Below, piece by piece: positions 11,501 through 21,629 of a stretch of DNA of 64,000 nucleotides. A program made the position numbers and the translations under genes. Below the pieces are notes generated by a model that did no database searches, was not told the DNA's origin, and saw only the letters and a list, made by a program, of their open reading frames with translations. The stretch covers positions 324,948 to 388,947 of the forward strand of contig JAKITS010000001.1 in assembly GCA_021648085.1 (NCBI GenBank). Direction: 5' to 3'. Origin of the DNA: Candidatus Magasanikiibacteriota bacterium. GTDB lineage: Bacteria > Patescibacteriota > Patescibacteriia > Magasanikbacterales > UBA922. Within the stretch, counting starts at the first letter, position 1. Each line of letters begins with the position of its first letter.

Positions 11501-11888
11501 AAGATTCAAGAATTTTTCCCAAAACTTCTATCTGCTTTACATTTTCAGCAGATTTCATTTGTTGTGCCTCATAAAACTCCTCTCGAAATTTATAAGTGAC
11601 ATCTAATGCAAAACTATGAAATGTGTGGATTGAAACTTTATATGCAGAAATCCCAATAAAACCGCTCAAGCGATCTTTCATATTTTTTGATGCTGCATCT
11701 GTGAAAGTTAGGCAAAGTATATTTTCTGGATTTACATCAGCTTGCTTCAATATATTTGCCACACGCATACCGAGCAACTCTGTCTTTCCACTTCCTGGTC
11801 CAGCTATTACCATTACTGGTCCGTCTATTGTGTCCACAGCTTGCCTTTGTTCATTATTTAATTTTTTATACCTATCATTAAACTTCAT
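8565..11888 (-). CDS. UvrD/REP helicase fused to a C-terminal PD-(D/E)xK (RecB-like) nuclease
   Basis: LNNEQ, AGPGSGKT, VDEFQD, VGDDDQAIYKFQGA, NYRS, TAHKAKGLEF, RLFFVAITRAK; nuclease motifs GKIDKI, YDFKTG, QIIFY. Confidence 0.92.
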   Translation of the reverse strand: MKFNDRYKKLNNEQRQAVDTIDGPVMVIAGPGSGKTELLGMRVANILKQADVNPENILCLTFTDAASKNMKDRLSGFIGISAYKVSIHTFHSFALDVTYKFREEFYEAQQMKSAENVKQIEVLGKILESLLFSDSFSTKRNGTFVYLNSIKNKISKLKKAGITPEEYQKIVKSNGDCFAKIEEILIPFFEPRVSKKIKEQIPTLISQIKQIDLPKLPIEHISLLDYKDILLRSLLNAYEQAIEENSTKPITKWKDNWIGRDKETKKKRLKDAYQLDRNISLGLVYEKYQKAMAKIGLVDFDDMILDLIRVLLKKPGLLAELQEKYQYILVDEFQDTNEAQMRIIHMLTENPVNEGKPNVMVVGDDDQAIYKFQGAEINNILQFREQYPETKLITLVKNYRSTPAIVDFAHRVISQGDDRLVDRLEEVEKKLESANPDIKEGVITAHTFDTAVHEYEYIANEIKYKIENGVSLDNISVIARNHRQLQEIAPFLFAKQIPIQYERQRNVLEEVHINQIICMARLVSSLAKDSIYYSQNFLSTILSFPFWGLDRSTIWKLSIEAYKKQKTDTRGRWIDVMLESENKELQKIANWFLDLASRAHIEPMGSLLDELIGPADEIKNKFTSSFRRFYFHKDKYNKNPSEYIQFLSSLNTFVSTVRSYTSDISAPKLFDLVSCVDIYEMHNLAITDTSPYIGGVSAITLLTAHKAKGLEFDTVFVLNCQNEVWAKSQSRDMIAFPKNLSIDPAGDTIDDYLRLFFVAITRAKSNLYVTSYKKKTNGRDSLRVPFLETSIFEGVEYKIEAKEIKSNILDTVNSLEKTSLPSFSPLSLDEKSVLKPILDKYILSVTHLNNFLNVMRGGPHEFFEQNLLRFPTSKTPFLSYGVAMHATVESIHNHISKNEIKPNIEEVQKYFKGHLERENMRENIFEKYLKKGNEVWKIYLNKYQDRISATSWIETNFRMQQVFVENVQITGKIDKIVPNEETREMEVYDFKTGSYKLSWKESLPDKKVQLHGYKRQIIFYKLLVEFSRDYSKYTVNRGYLEFLNPTKLDEIHCLPYDITSEDVERLKKLIVAVDKKIRNLDFPDISKYEKTLKGLEDFENDLICGKI

Positions 11889-11899
11889 ATTTTTTTATT

Positions 11900-12736
11900 T
11901 TATATTGTCAGCAATAGCAAAGCAATTCCAAAAAGTCCTAATCCTACAAATTTTATAGCCACATGCTTTTCCTTGAAATATACATTTCCAAAAATAATAG
12001 TCCACAAAATTCTTCCAGATCTTTTGATAGAAATTATAATAGACGGTGGTGCATAAAGGTAAGCAAAACTTTCCAAAACCGTACCAACCCCACTAGAAAC
12101 TGATTGCGAAAGAATTATTTTTTTCTTTAAAAATTTGATAGGATTTTCTCCTGCTATAAATTTGGCAGTCACCATAAAATATATTGCCAAAATACCAGTA
12201 AAAATCATTTGTTCGGCTTCCACACTATTGAAATTTGTAATATTATATTTGAATAAACTTATAGTTCCAACTGCTAAAACAGAAGTTAGTAAAACATACT
12301 TCACACCTCTCTTTCCTATCCCATGATTTAATGTTAGAAAAGCCAAGGCAAATAAAATTACAACAATACCTATAATATTTTGAAAACTAAGTGCATAACC
12401 AACAAAATAATCTACAATTAATAATAAGGGAATAGTAAGACTACTCAAAAATCCAAAAGTGCTACGAGATGCTAGCACAACACCTTTTAATCCAAAATGA
12501 ATTAGGAAAATCTCCAAAATTAGACGCAAACCAAAAGTAGGAATAGAAGCTGGATCAAATAATAATTCCTGTCTAACAAAAATTACCAAAATTAAAAAGA
12601 ATACGAAACTTGCCAACAAACTAAGCGATGCAAAAGTATAAGGACTTTCTTTTTTTTGTTCAATCTCGTGTTTTCCAATTGATACAGAAATTTCATGAAA
12701 AAATTCTGCAATCATTACTAATAAAGCTCCAAACAT
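11900..12736 (-). CDS. EamA/DMT-superfamily membrane transporter (probable)
   Basis: About 10 TM segments in two halves; C-terminal GNVYFKE is typical of EamA. Confidence 0.65.
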   Translation of the reverse strand: MFGALLVMIAEFFHEISVSIGKHEIEQKKESPYTFASLSLLASFVFFLILVIFVRQELLFDPASIPTFGLRLILEIFLIHFGLKGVVLASRSTFGFLSSLTIPLLLIVDYFVGYALSFQNIIGIVVILFALAFLTLNHGIGKRGVKYVLLTSVLAVGTISLFKYNITNFNSVEAEQMIFTGILAIYFMVTAKFIAGENPIKFLKKKIILSQSVSSGVGTVLESFAYLYAPPSIIISIKRSGRILWTIIFGNVYFKEKHVAIKFVGLGLFGIALLLLTI

Positions 12737-12826
12737 ATTTTTATAAGATTTACCAAACTATTTGATATATTTTAATCTAATTACTTTATATTCTAAACTA
12801 AAAAAGCTCTTTCTACAAATGCATAT

Positions 12827-12856
12827 TTGACTTCTTTCTTTTTTTATTGATATAAT
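12827..12856 (+). promoter_or_regulatory. Sigma70-type promoter for the structured ncRNA
   Basis: TTGACT (12827-32), 18 nt, then TATAAT (12851-56) with an extended-10 TG. Confidence 0.75.
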
Positions 12857-12862
12857 AAAATT

Positions 12863-13077
12863 ATCCGGTCAGTAGTGTGAACCGCGTCGAGTAGGTCCTC
12901 GGGGTAGGATTCGAAATATGACAAAGTTTTCCCCACACACTGCTGACTGGTTCTAGTTCTTTTCCTCTGCAGCCGCACGAGCTCTCACCAAGGTTTTCAC
13001 ACCACAGGTCTGCGTATTTTCGCTCCCGCCCAACAACCAGCCAAAAAACCTCACACACAGCTCGTGCGGTTTTTTTA
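12863..13077 (+). ncRNA. Structured ncRNA candidate; 5' hairpin resembles a divergent SRP (4.5S) RNA
   Basis: GC-rich island after a strong promoter. Stem CCGGTCAGTAGTGTG/CACACTGCTGACTGG (12865-12950), second stem GCCGCACGAGCT/AGCTCGTGCGGT (12972-13070), then a T tract. Confidence 0.6.
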
Positions 13078-13177
13078 TTTTATTGATCTAGCAAAAAGAT
13101 TGTAAACATTGATTTAATTTTACTAAAATGATACATTAAAAATAATAGCTCATTACAAAATTAAATAGGAGGAGAAA

Positions 13178-13606
13178 ATGACTAGACTAATAGACAATGT
13201 TTTCAAAGATTTTTATTATTACGAAATAGATCTATCTCCATTTTTTGGGTGCAGGGTTCCTAAAAAATTTTTATATTATGCTGAAAAACTTAAATATTCT
13301 TTTAAAGCTCCATACAAAATAGATGGAAATGAAGTAGAGTGTTTATTTTTTACAGACTTTAAAGATATAGAAAAAATTTGGCATCACAGCTTATTGAGAC
13401 TAATTCGAACTGCAAGATTTGTTATTGGAATTCCTTTGCAAACCAACCAAGGTTTGATATACAAAGGTGAGATTTTAGTCGCACAAACATATTTGCGTCC
13501 AGAAGATGCAAGTGGTAAAATTTCTTCACTTCCTTACAGATCTAGAAAATCGAAAAAAACTACAATGATTCTCCATCCTGTTTTTTACAATCCATCCTTT
13601 TTCTAA
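13178..13606 (+). CDS. Orphan hypothetical protein (142 aa)
   Basis: Strong SD AGGAGG, boxA-like GCTCATTACAA at 13148, terminator at 13611-13639. Confidence 0.75.
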   Translation: MTRLIDNVFKDFYYYEIDLSPFFGCRVPKKFLYYAEKLKYSFKAPYKIDGNEVECLFFTDFKDIEKIWHHSLLRLIRTARFVIGIPLQTNQGLIYKGEILVAQTYLRPEDASGKISSLPYRSRKSKKTTMILHPVFYNPSFF

Positions 13607-13610
13607 ATAA

Positions 13611-13639
13611 AAAGTCCCGCTTTACACGGGACTCTTTTT
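13611..13639. terminator. Bidirectional terminator
   Basis: aaagtcccg-ctttaca-cgggactcttt between convergent ORFs. Confidence 0.75.
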
Positions 13640-13734
13640 TATTTACATTTGCAACAACTCTTGCATTCATTCTCACACTCTTTACAACTTTTATCAGTTG
13701 TAATCTCTGCTTTACAGCTCTTGCATTCTTTCAT
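13639..13734 (-). CDS. Metallothionein-like Cys-rich peptide (31 aa), absent from the ORF track
   Basis: Manual translation MKECKSCKAEITTDKSCKECENECKSCCKCK*: 8 Cys, no aromatic residues. TATAAT on the minus strand at 13767-13762; ends at the terminator. Confidence 0.75.
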   Translation of the reverse strand: MKECKSCKAEITTDKSCKECENECKSCCKCK

Positions 13735-13829
13735 AGCTTTGTATTAATAATTATCTTTTTTATTATAACCTATTTTTTGAAAATAAAAAACCACCCTTTT
13801 TAAAAGGTAGTTTTATTTTTAACTATTTT

Positions 13830-14732
13830 TTAAACTTTTTTCACTGTGAAATTCGTTTCATCTGTAAAAACTACATTGAAAATTGGCAAACCTTTTGCAA
13901 GATGTCCAACAGTTGTAAGTAATTGCCGAGTTCCAAGTTTCTCAACTTCAACTTTATAATCATCTACACTAACTTCAAAACCCACAAGTTCAGAAATATT
14001 CTGAGCCTCGTAAGTCCTCATAAAATTTGCAGCTTGTGGATGATTTACAAACATTTGTTCACCATCTACTTCTGGCACAACTACTGGAATCATGCTCTCT
14101 GAATTTATTTCAGTGTCTACTGTTAAAATATTTACAACAGCACCTTCCTGGTGCTCACCTTCCAAAACAACAAACTCCAAATAGTCGTTTCCAGACCAAA
14201 GCAATTCATAAAAAGATCTTACAACAGCCTGAACAAGCTCTTTACGAACTCCATATTCTTCTGGATTTTTCATCATCAATTTTATATGTCCACAACCAAC
14301 ATTGTCTGCCTGCATAAGTGCATTCAAAAGATTCTCACGCAAATTGGACACTGGGTTTTGTATCATTGAAATTATATCTGATAAACTCATATCCAAACTC
14401 ATACTTTTCATTAAATTCTCTATCGCATGAGTATCTGTATGCATATAAAATTTTCCAAAAATCTGACAATACTTTTCCATGATTTCTCTCATTTGAACAA
14501 TATCAATTGTGTTTCCAGAAACTTTTTCTGCAGTAGTCAAAGCTAGTACAAACTCACCGGCATTTCCACCAGGAGTTCCAACAATTCCAATTTCTCCACG
14601 ACCATCTACACAAGATTCAAATTGATCTGTCAAAAGACTGTTCATTTTCACAAACTGAAAATTTTCTACAATATGTTTTTCGATTTGCTTTGCTGTTAGC
14701 ACTTGCTTCTCCTGTTGTTGACTATTTGACAT
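13830..14732 (-). CDS. Zeta-class (CDCA/cadmium-type) carbonic anhydrase-like protein
   Basis: SCVDGRG, GTPGG, MHTDTH, GCGH and EGEHQEGAVV follow the CDCA-repeat motif order (Cys/His/Cys metal site); starts 19 nt after atpC. Confidence 0.65.
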   Translation of the reverse strand: MSNSQQQEKQVLTAKQIEKHIVENFQFVKMNSLLTDQFESCVDGRGEIGIVGTPGGNAGEFVLALTTAEKVSGNTIDIVQMREIMEKYCQIFGKFYMHTDTHAIENLMKSMSLDMSLSDIISMIQNPVSNLRENLLNALMQADNVGCGHIKLMMKNPEEYGVRKELVQAVVRSFYELLWSGNDYLEFVVLEGEHQEGAVVNILTVDTEINSESMIPVVVPEVDGEQMFVNHPQAANFMRTYEAQNISELVGFEVSVDDYKVEVEKLGTRQLLTTVGHLAKGLPIFNVVFTDETNFTVKKV

Positions 14733-14751
14733 ATGTTGAAAGGTTTTATAT

Positions 14752-15162
14752 TTATTTACGATATTTTTTAGATATTCTCAAACGGTTTGTCTCCCGTTCA
14801 ATAATAGCCTGTAGTCTCGCATAATCAACGTCACCTCTATTTTCAATTTGAGCCATTTGCTCTTCTGCTCTTCTTCTTGCTTCCTCAGCTCTTTCTAAAT
14901 CAATTTCTGCAACTCTTTCTATGTTGTCTGCTAAAATGATCAATTCGTTGTCGCCTCTAATTTCCAAAAATCCGCCAAAAACCGCAAAAGGATGTTCACC
15001 TTCTTTGTCTTTTATACGAAGTTCCCCAGCTTTCAAAACACCTACAAGCGGTATATGGTTTGGTAAAACTGTTATCTCTCCGGCAATTGTTGGGATTGTC
15101 ACCTGAAAAATTTCGTCTTCGTAAACTACTTTTTCTGGTGTAGCGATTTTAAATTTTAACAT
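14752..15162 (-). CDS. atpC: ATP synthase epsilon subunit
   Basis: IATPE, GEITVLPNHIPLV, GGFLEI, ID.ERAEEARRRAE. Confidence 0.95.
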   Translation of the reverse strand: MLKFKIATPEKVVYEDEIFQVTIPTIAGEITVLPNHIPLVGVLKAGELRIKDKEGEHPFAVFGGFLEIRGDNELIILADNIERVAEIDLERAEEARRRAEEQMAQIENRGDVDYARLQAIIERETNRLRISKKYRK

Positions 15163-15164
15163 AA

Positions 15165-16544
<1,380 letters not shown>

Positions 16545-16552
16545 TTATTATT

Positions 16553-16713
16553 GAGACCTTTGGCAAATATAGCGCCGTTACGAAATCTTTAAATTTTGAG
16601 CGAGACGAAAAGAAAAAATCTTTGCCCAGCACATTAGCTGCGGAAATATTTTTTCTTGAAGTCATAGCTAAAATTTGGGGATTTTAGTAGGCGTTATATT
16701 TGTTAAAGGTTCT
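16553..16713. repeat. ~160-bp palindromic (MITE-like) insertion between atpG and atpD
   Basis: Imperfect terminal inverted repeats GAGACCTTTGGCAAATATAGCGCC / GGCGTTATATTTGTTAAAGGTTCT, with nested internal complementarity. Confidence 0.65.
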
Positions 16714-17640
16714 TTACTCTAATACTACTGCACCACCTGCAATTTCCGCAATTTCTTGCGTAATACTTGCCTGACGAGCTTTGTTAAAACTTAAATTTAA
16801 TTCTTTAATCATATCATCTGCTGCTTCATTTGCACTTTTCATTGCCATCATTCTAGAGCTGTGCTCACTTGCAGATGATTCTAACACTGCCTGATAAATC
16901 TGAACATCAACAAGTCTTGGTAATAAAATTTTTAAAACCTCTTCTCTGTTTGGTTCAAAAATATAATCGGTTAAATCATTTTTATTTTTACCAAAAGCTT
17001 CTGTTTTATCCGCACCGTCATCAGCTCCAAGTGCGTTTATAGTCTCTTCTAAATCTTTTTGTGAAATTGGCAAAAGCTGTCTCAAAACAGCAACTTGCGA
17101 TAGACTAGATTTGAAGTCTGTATAAGCTAAAATAACTTTATCATATTTTTCTGCTATAAAACTTTCTATAATCATCTTACTAATTGGAGAAATGTCTGAA
17201 AGTTTTGGAACATTTGATAATTCACTAAAACTAGCTATTAAATTATAGTTATTTTTCTTTGCAAAATCAGCTCCTTTTTTTCCAATTCCAATTACTTCTA
17301 CTGTTCCATTTCCCAACATTTTATCATCAGATAAAAGTTTAGTTGTTTTTTTAATAATATTCGAATTGAAACTTCCACAAAGTCCTCTGTTTGAGGTAAT
17401 TAAAACTACTAAAACTTTTTTTACTGGACGCTCTTGTAAAAGTGGGATACTACCTTTTACACTTTTAGACAAATTTACCAATAATTCCCACGCAAGCGTT
17501 GCATAAACTCTTGTATTCAAAGTAGCTTCAATAGCTTTACGCATTTTTGCTGCAGAAACCAATTCCATTGCTTTGGTAATTTTACCAATATTTCCAATAG
17601 AACGAAGCCTTCTTTTAATTATTTTAGTATTAACAGCCAT
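16714..17640 (-). CDS. atpG: ATP synthase gamma subunit
   Basis: KITKAMELVSAAKM, RGLCGSFN, ASEHSSRMMAM, RQASITQEI. Confidence 0.97.
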   Translation of the reverse strand: MAVNTKIIKRRLRSIGNIGKITKAMELVSAAKMRKAIEATLNTRVYATLAWELLVNLSKSVKGSIPLLQERPVKKVLVVLITSNRGLCGSFNSNIIKKTTKLLSDDKMLGNGTVEVIGIGKKGADFAKKNNYNLIASFSELSNVPKLSDISPISKMIIESFIAEKYDKVILAYTDFKSSLSQVAVLRQLLPISQKDLEETINALGADDGADKTEAFGKNKNDLTDYIFEPNREEVLKILLPRLVDVQIYQAVLESSASEHSSRMMAMKSANEAADDMIKELNLSFNKARQASITQEIAEIAGGAVVLE

Positions 17641-17649
17641 ATTTAAGTA

Positions 17650-19137
17650 CTATTGTTTTTTACTTTCTTCAAGAGATTCTTTTAGACCATTCTCAACATC
17701 TTCGCTCCATTCACCTTTTGCAATTCTAGATAACAAATCTGATTTTATTTTTTTCATAAATTCATGAAGTTTTACTTCCAAAACTCCAACTTCACCTATC
17801 TCAACATCGTCAAAATAACCATTATTTACAGCATAAATAGATACGACTTGAAGCTCCACAGACAAAGGTGAATATTGCAATTGTTTCAACATTTCTGTAA
17901 CTCTCCTTCCTCTTTCAATTTGCTTTTTTGTTTCAGGATCCAAATCACTTGCAAATTGTGAGAAAGCTTCTAGTTCACGAAATTGTGCCAAGTCTAACTT
18001 CAACTTACCAGCAACTTTTTTCATTGGCTTTATTTGAGCTGAGCCACCAACACGAGAAACTGATAAACCAACATTTAAAGCTGGACGAACACCTTTGTAA
18101 AACAAGTCTGCCTCCAAGAAAATCTGTCCATCTGTGATAGAAATTACATTTGTTGGAATATATGCACTCACATCCCCTGCTTGAGTCTCAATAATAGGAA
18201 GTGCTGTAATAGAACCACCTCCATTTTCTTCATTCAAATTGCAAGCACGCTCCAAAAGACGGGAATGGAGATAAAACACATCTCCAGGATAAGCCTCACG
18301 ACCCGGTGGACGACGCATCAAAAGAGAAAGTTCGCGATAAGCCCAAGCTTGTTTTGTTAAGTCGTCAAATACAACTAAAACATCTTCACCTTTTTCAGAA
18401 AAATATTCTGCAATTGAAACTCCAGAATATGGAGCAAGATAAGACATTGGTGCTGGTTCTGACGCTCCAGCCAACACAATTGTTGTATATTCCATTGCCC
18501 CAGCCTCTTCTAATTGTGCCACAATGCGAGCAATTTTTGATTCTTTTTGACCGACAGCGACATAAATACATTTTACATTTTGACCTTTTTGGTTAATGAT
18601 TGTATCGATTGCAATGGCAGTCTTTCCAACCTGCCTATCGCCAATAATAAGTTCACGCTGACCTCTTCCAATTGGAATAAGTGCATCAACTGCCTTAATA
18701 CCTGTTTGAAGTGGTTTGTTTACAGGAGTTCTGGTCATTACTCCAGGAGCAACTCTTTCCAAAGGCATAAATTTGCCCACCTTCATATCCCCTTTTCCAT
18801 CTATTGGCTGTCCCAAAGCATTTACCACGCGACCTACTATTTCGTCTGAAACAGGCAGAGAAAGAATTTTTCCTGTTCTTTTTACAACATCACCTTCTTT
18901 GATGTCTTTATAATCTCCCAAAATAATCGCACCAACAGTTTCTTCTTCCAAGTTAAATGCCAAACCAATCACTCCACCTGGAAATTCTAACATTTCCTGT
19001 GCCTGACAATTTGTAAGACCACTCAACTTTGCAATTCCGTCTCCTGCTGTCAATACATTCCCAACCTCTTCAACTTGTACAGTTTGTTCAAAAGAAGCGA
19101 TTTGTTTTTTTAATTTTTCCACTACTATATTGCTCAT
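17650..19137 (-). CDS. atpA: ATP synthase alpha subunit
   Basis: [26 protein letters not shown]. Confidence 0.98.
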   Translation of the reverse strand: MSNIVVEKLKKQIASFEQTVQVEEVGNVLTAGDGIAKLSGLTNCQAQEMLEFPGGVIGLAFNLEEETVGAIILGDYKDIKEGDVVKRTGKILSLPVSDEIVGRVVNALGQPIDGKGDMKVGKFMPLERVAPGVMTRTPVNKPLQTGIKAVDALIPIGRGQRELIIGDRQVGKTAIAIDTIINQKGQNVKCIYVAVGQKESKIARIVAQLEEAGAMEYTTIVLAGASEPAPMSYLAPYSGVSIAEYFSEKGEDVLVVFDDLTKQAWAYRELSLLMRRPPGREAYPGDVFYLHSRLLERACNLNEENGGGSITALPIIETQAGDVSAYIPTNVISITDGQIFLEADLFYKGVRPALNVGLSVSRVGGSAQIKPMKKVAGKLKLDLAQFRELEAFSQFASDLDPETKKQIERGRRVTEMLKQLQYSPLSVELQVVSIYAVNNGYFDDVEIGEVGVLEVKLHEFMKKIKSDLLSRIAKGEWSEDVENGLKESLEESKKQ

Positions 19138-19142
19138 AATAC

Positions 19143-19529
19143 TTAGATTAAACTTTCTTTCATTTTAGCTAATTGTGTTTTTATACTTGTATCAAATATT
19201 GTGTCTCCCAATTTTATTCTCAATCCTCCCAAAATTTCTTTGTCTTGTTTTTTTATTATTTCCACCTCTCCACCAAAATGCTCCTTTATTTCTTTTACCA
19301 CACTTTCTGAAACATCGAATGCAGAAGTGATTTCAATTTCTTTTATTCCTTTTTGTCTTTTTTCGTATTTTATGTATATTTCTATTATTTTGTCTATTTT
19401 TGATATTTTACCGTCTCGTGCTAGAAGTTCTATAAAACTTTTCAAAACATCCTCAAGTTCTTTTTCATTTACACCGCGTGTCACCTCATACAAAGCTCTG
19501 GCGTAATCTTTAATTAAAGCTTTTTTCAT
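19143..19529 (-). CDS. atpH: ATP synthase delta subunit (short, 128 aa)
   Basis: [24 protein letters not shown]; lies between atpF and atpA. Confidence 0.88.
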   Translation of the reverse strand: MKKALIKDYARALYEVTRGVNEKELEDVLKSFIELLARDGKISKIDKIIEIYIKYEKRQKGIKEIEITSAFDVSESVVKEIKEHFGGEVEIIKKQDKEILGGLRIKLGDTIFDTSIKTQLAKMKESLI

Positions 19530-19530
19530 A

Positions 19531-20112
19531 TTACTTTTTCAAATTTTTCAAAGCTTCTTCAATTATTTCTTTGTCTTTACTACTGTCCATCTTCTCTCTT
19601 ATAATTTTCTCTACTGCTAGCATTACAAGTTCTACAGAATTATTCTTTACACCCTCTATCATTGCATTCTTTTCTGCTTCTATTTTACTTTTTGCCTGTT
19701 TTACTAATTGTTCAATCTCCATTTTAGCATTATCTTTCATTTCTATAGCCATCTCTTCTGATTTTTTGTATGTATCTTCCAATACTTTATTTGCACTTAC
19801 TTTTGCTTCGTCTATTTTTTCTTGGTAAACTTGTTCGCTCATTTGAAGCTTAGTTTCAATTTCTTTTGCCTTATCCAAACTATCATCTATTATATTTTTT
19901 CGCTCTTCCATCTTTTTTATAAGAGGCTTTAGAATTAAAAACCACAAAATAACTGAAACAATTGCAAAGTTTAAAAATTGAAAAGCAAATAATTGAGTAT
20001 TTAAACCCAATGAGGCTGCGACGCTTTGATCTGCTGTATTTTCTACTGTTTGAGAAGTTTGTTCTGTAGCTGAATATGCTTCGGCAGTATTTTCTACTAA
20101 ATTTGTAGACAT
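19531..20112 (-). CDS. atpF: ATP synthase subunit b
   Basis: QFLNFAI TM, KPLIKKMEERK, long coiled coil. Confidence 0.92.
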   Translation of the reverse strand: MSTNLVENTAEAYSATEQTSQTVENTADQSVAASLGLNTQLFAFQFLNFAIVSVILWFLILKPLIKKMEERKNIIDDSLDKAKEIETKLQMSEQVYQEKIDEAKVSANKVLEDTYKKSEEMAIEMKDNAKMEIEQLVKQAKSKIEAEKNAMIEGVKNNSVELVMLAVEKIIREKMDSSKDKEIIEEALKNLKK

Positions 20113-20201
20113 AATAAAACGAAATTAAAGATTAAATAAATTATCGTTAGATAAACCAACTAAGAAGGACCTTTTTATAAAAAGATCCTCCATGAATTGA
20201 T

Positions 20202-20429
20202 TTACACTAAAGTAAAAACAACTACAAGTGCATAAATAGCAATCGCCTCTGCGAAAGCTGCGCCCAAAAGCATTGGTACAAATACCTTTCCTGCCGCTTC
20301 TGGATTGCGTCCAATAGCTTCCATAGCTTTTGCAACCAAACGACCGATTGCTAGTGCTGGAGCTATACCACCGATAGCAATTGTAAGTGCTTTTGCAATT
20401 ACCACTATTGATTGATGATCCATATACAT
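20202..20429 (-). CDS. atpE: ATP synthase subunit c (H+-type)
   Basis: GRNPEA loop and carboxylate in FAEAIAIY (Glu followed by Ala, not the Na+-type Glu-Ser/Thr). Start may be 20423. Confidence 0.95.
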   Translation of the reverse strand: MYMDHQSIVVIAKALTIAIGGIAPALAIGRLVAKAMEAIGRNPEAAGKVFVPMLLGAAFAEAIAIYALVVVFTLV

Positions 20430-20555
20430 AGATTTACATTAGAGCCGTTCGAGGGGAAATTGGTTTTTAACCTCGCGGCTAATGCTGAATAAAAAGCGTA
20501 AAAACGCCACACTAAGATAATTATCAAATTATTTTAGTGTGGAGCTTCTATTTAT

Positions 20556-21344
20556 TTAATGCTCCTCGCTACCGTGTGGCATCTCTGACGCAAGTGTAAG
20601 ATAAACCAAAGTTAACATTGCGAATACTGAAGCTTGAATTAACCCAACCAAAACTTCCAATAACATAAATGGAGTTGGGATAAAAGCTGCGGCAAGTGCG
20701 CTAATGACTGAAATTAGAACTTCTCCAGCAAATACATTTCCAAACAAACGCAATGATAAGGATAGAATTTTTGCAACCTCGCTAACAAGCTCCAAAACCC
20801 CAACACCAAACTCTATAAATGCTTGGAAAATTGCTATAGGGCCTTTTGTAAAACTTTTTAAAACATTTTTGATTTGGATAAACTTTCCAATATGTGTAAA
20901 AACTCCAATAGCCATAAAACCAAAAATGTGTGATGAGACAACAGAAACCAGCGCCATTGCGACAGTAAGATTTAAGTCTGTGTTTGCAGGACGCAACAAA
21001 AAATTGTGTCCAACTGTAATACTTCCAGTTCCAGGAATTAAACCAAGCCAGTTTGAAAGTAAAATAAAAAAGAAGATAGATCCAACAACAGGCAAAAACC
21101 TAATTGTTCTTTTTCTATCTCCAGTCACTTGATCAAAATAAGGTAAAAGTAATTCCAAAATATATTCACACGCATTTTGTAATTTGTCAGGTCTAAGCTT
21201 CAATTTTCTTCTCAATAATATTCCCAAAACCAAAAATATTATAATTGCAATCCAAGCATTTATCATTGTGTTTGTGATATTTATGCTTCCAACCTGAAAT
21301 AAAACTTCTGGTGCTAATGTAGGAATGTGGATTGATGCTGACAT
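20556..21344 (-). CDS. atpB: ATP synthase subunit a
   Basis: NWLGLIPG, SLSLRLFGNVFAGE, IQASVFAMLT. Confidence 0.95.
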   Translation of the reverse strand: MSASIHIPTLAPEVLFQVGSINITNTMINAWIAIIIFLVLGILLRRKLKLRPDKLQNACEYILELLLPYFDQVTGDRKRTIRFLPVVGSIFFFILLSNWLGLIPGTGSITVGHNFLLRPANTDLNLTVAMALVSVVSSHIFGFMAIGVFTHIGKFIQIKNVLKSFTKGPIAIFQAFIEFGVGVLELVSEVAKILSLSLRLFGNVFAGEVLISVISALAAAFIPTPFMLLEVLVGLIQASVFAMLTLVYLTLASEMPHGSEEH

Positions 21345-21347
21345 ATT

Positions 21348-21629
21348 TTATTTTTTTTCAACTTCTTTATTTACCCCTTTTCCTTCTATCGCTAAATATT
21401 GTGCGTTGTATCTATGTGCTTTTCTGTAAATCATGAGTGCAGATAAAATAGCTGCAACCACAAAACCCAAAATTGTAAGCAGTGGTGCTAAATCAAACCT
21501 AGTGTCCAAAGTTTTTCCTATCCAAACAAACAAAATTACTGGTGCAAAAAGTGTTACGCCAAAATCTCCCGCAATCTTTAGTCCAAACATTGCATACTCA
21601 CGATCTCTTGAGTTTTCAAATAAACTCAT
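21348..21629 (-). CDS. AtpZ/AtpI-family small membrane protein
   Basis: First gene of the atp operon; two TMs with WIGKTLD...P. Confidence 0.8.
   Translation of the reverse strand: MSLFENSRDREYAMFGLKIAGDFGVTLFAPVILFVWIGKTLDTRFDLAPLLTILGFVVAAILSALMIYRKAHRYNAQYLAIEGKGVNKEVEKK

Noticed and set aside
12861-13058. 65-aa minus-strand ORF
   Set aside because: No SD or motif; promoter and terminator orientation favour a plus-strand RNA.
12863-13077. Riboswitch, T-box, tmRNA or RNase P identity for the ncRNA
   Set aside because: No aptamer, T-box, tRNA-like-end or P4 consensus recognised; the downstream ORF has its own promoter-like sequence.
20202-20429. Na+-translocating ATP synthase
   Set aside because: Subunit c lacks the Gln and Glu-Ser/Thr Na+ ligands.
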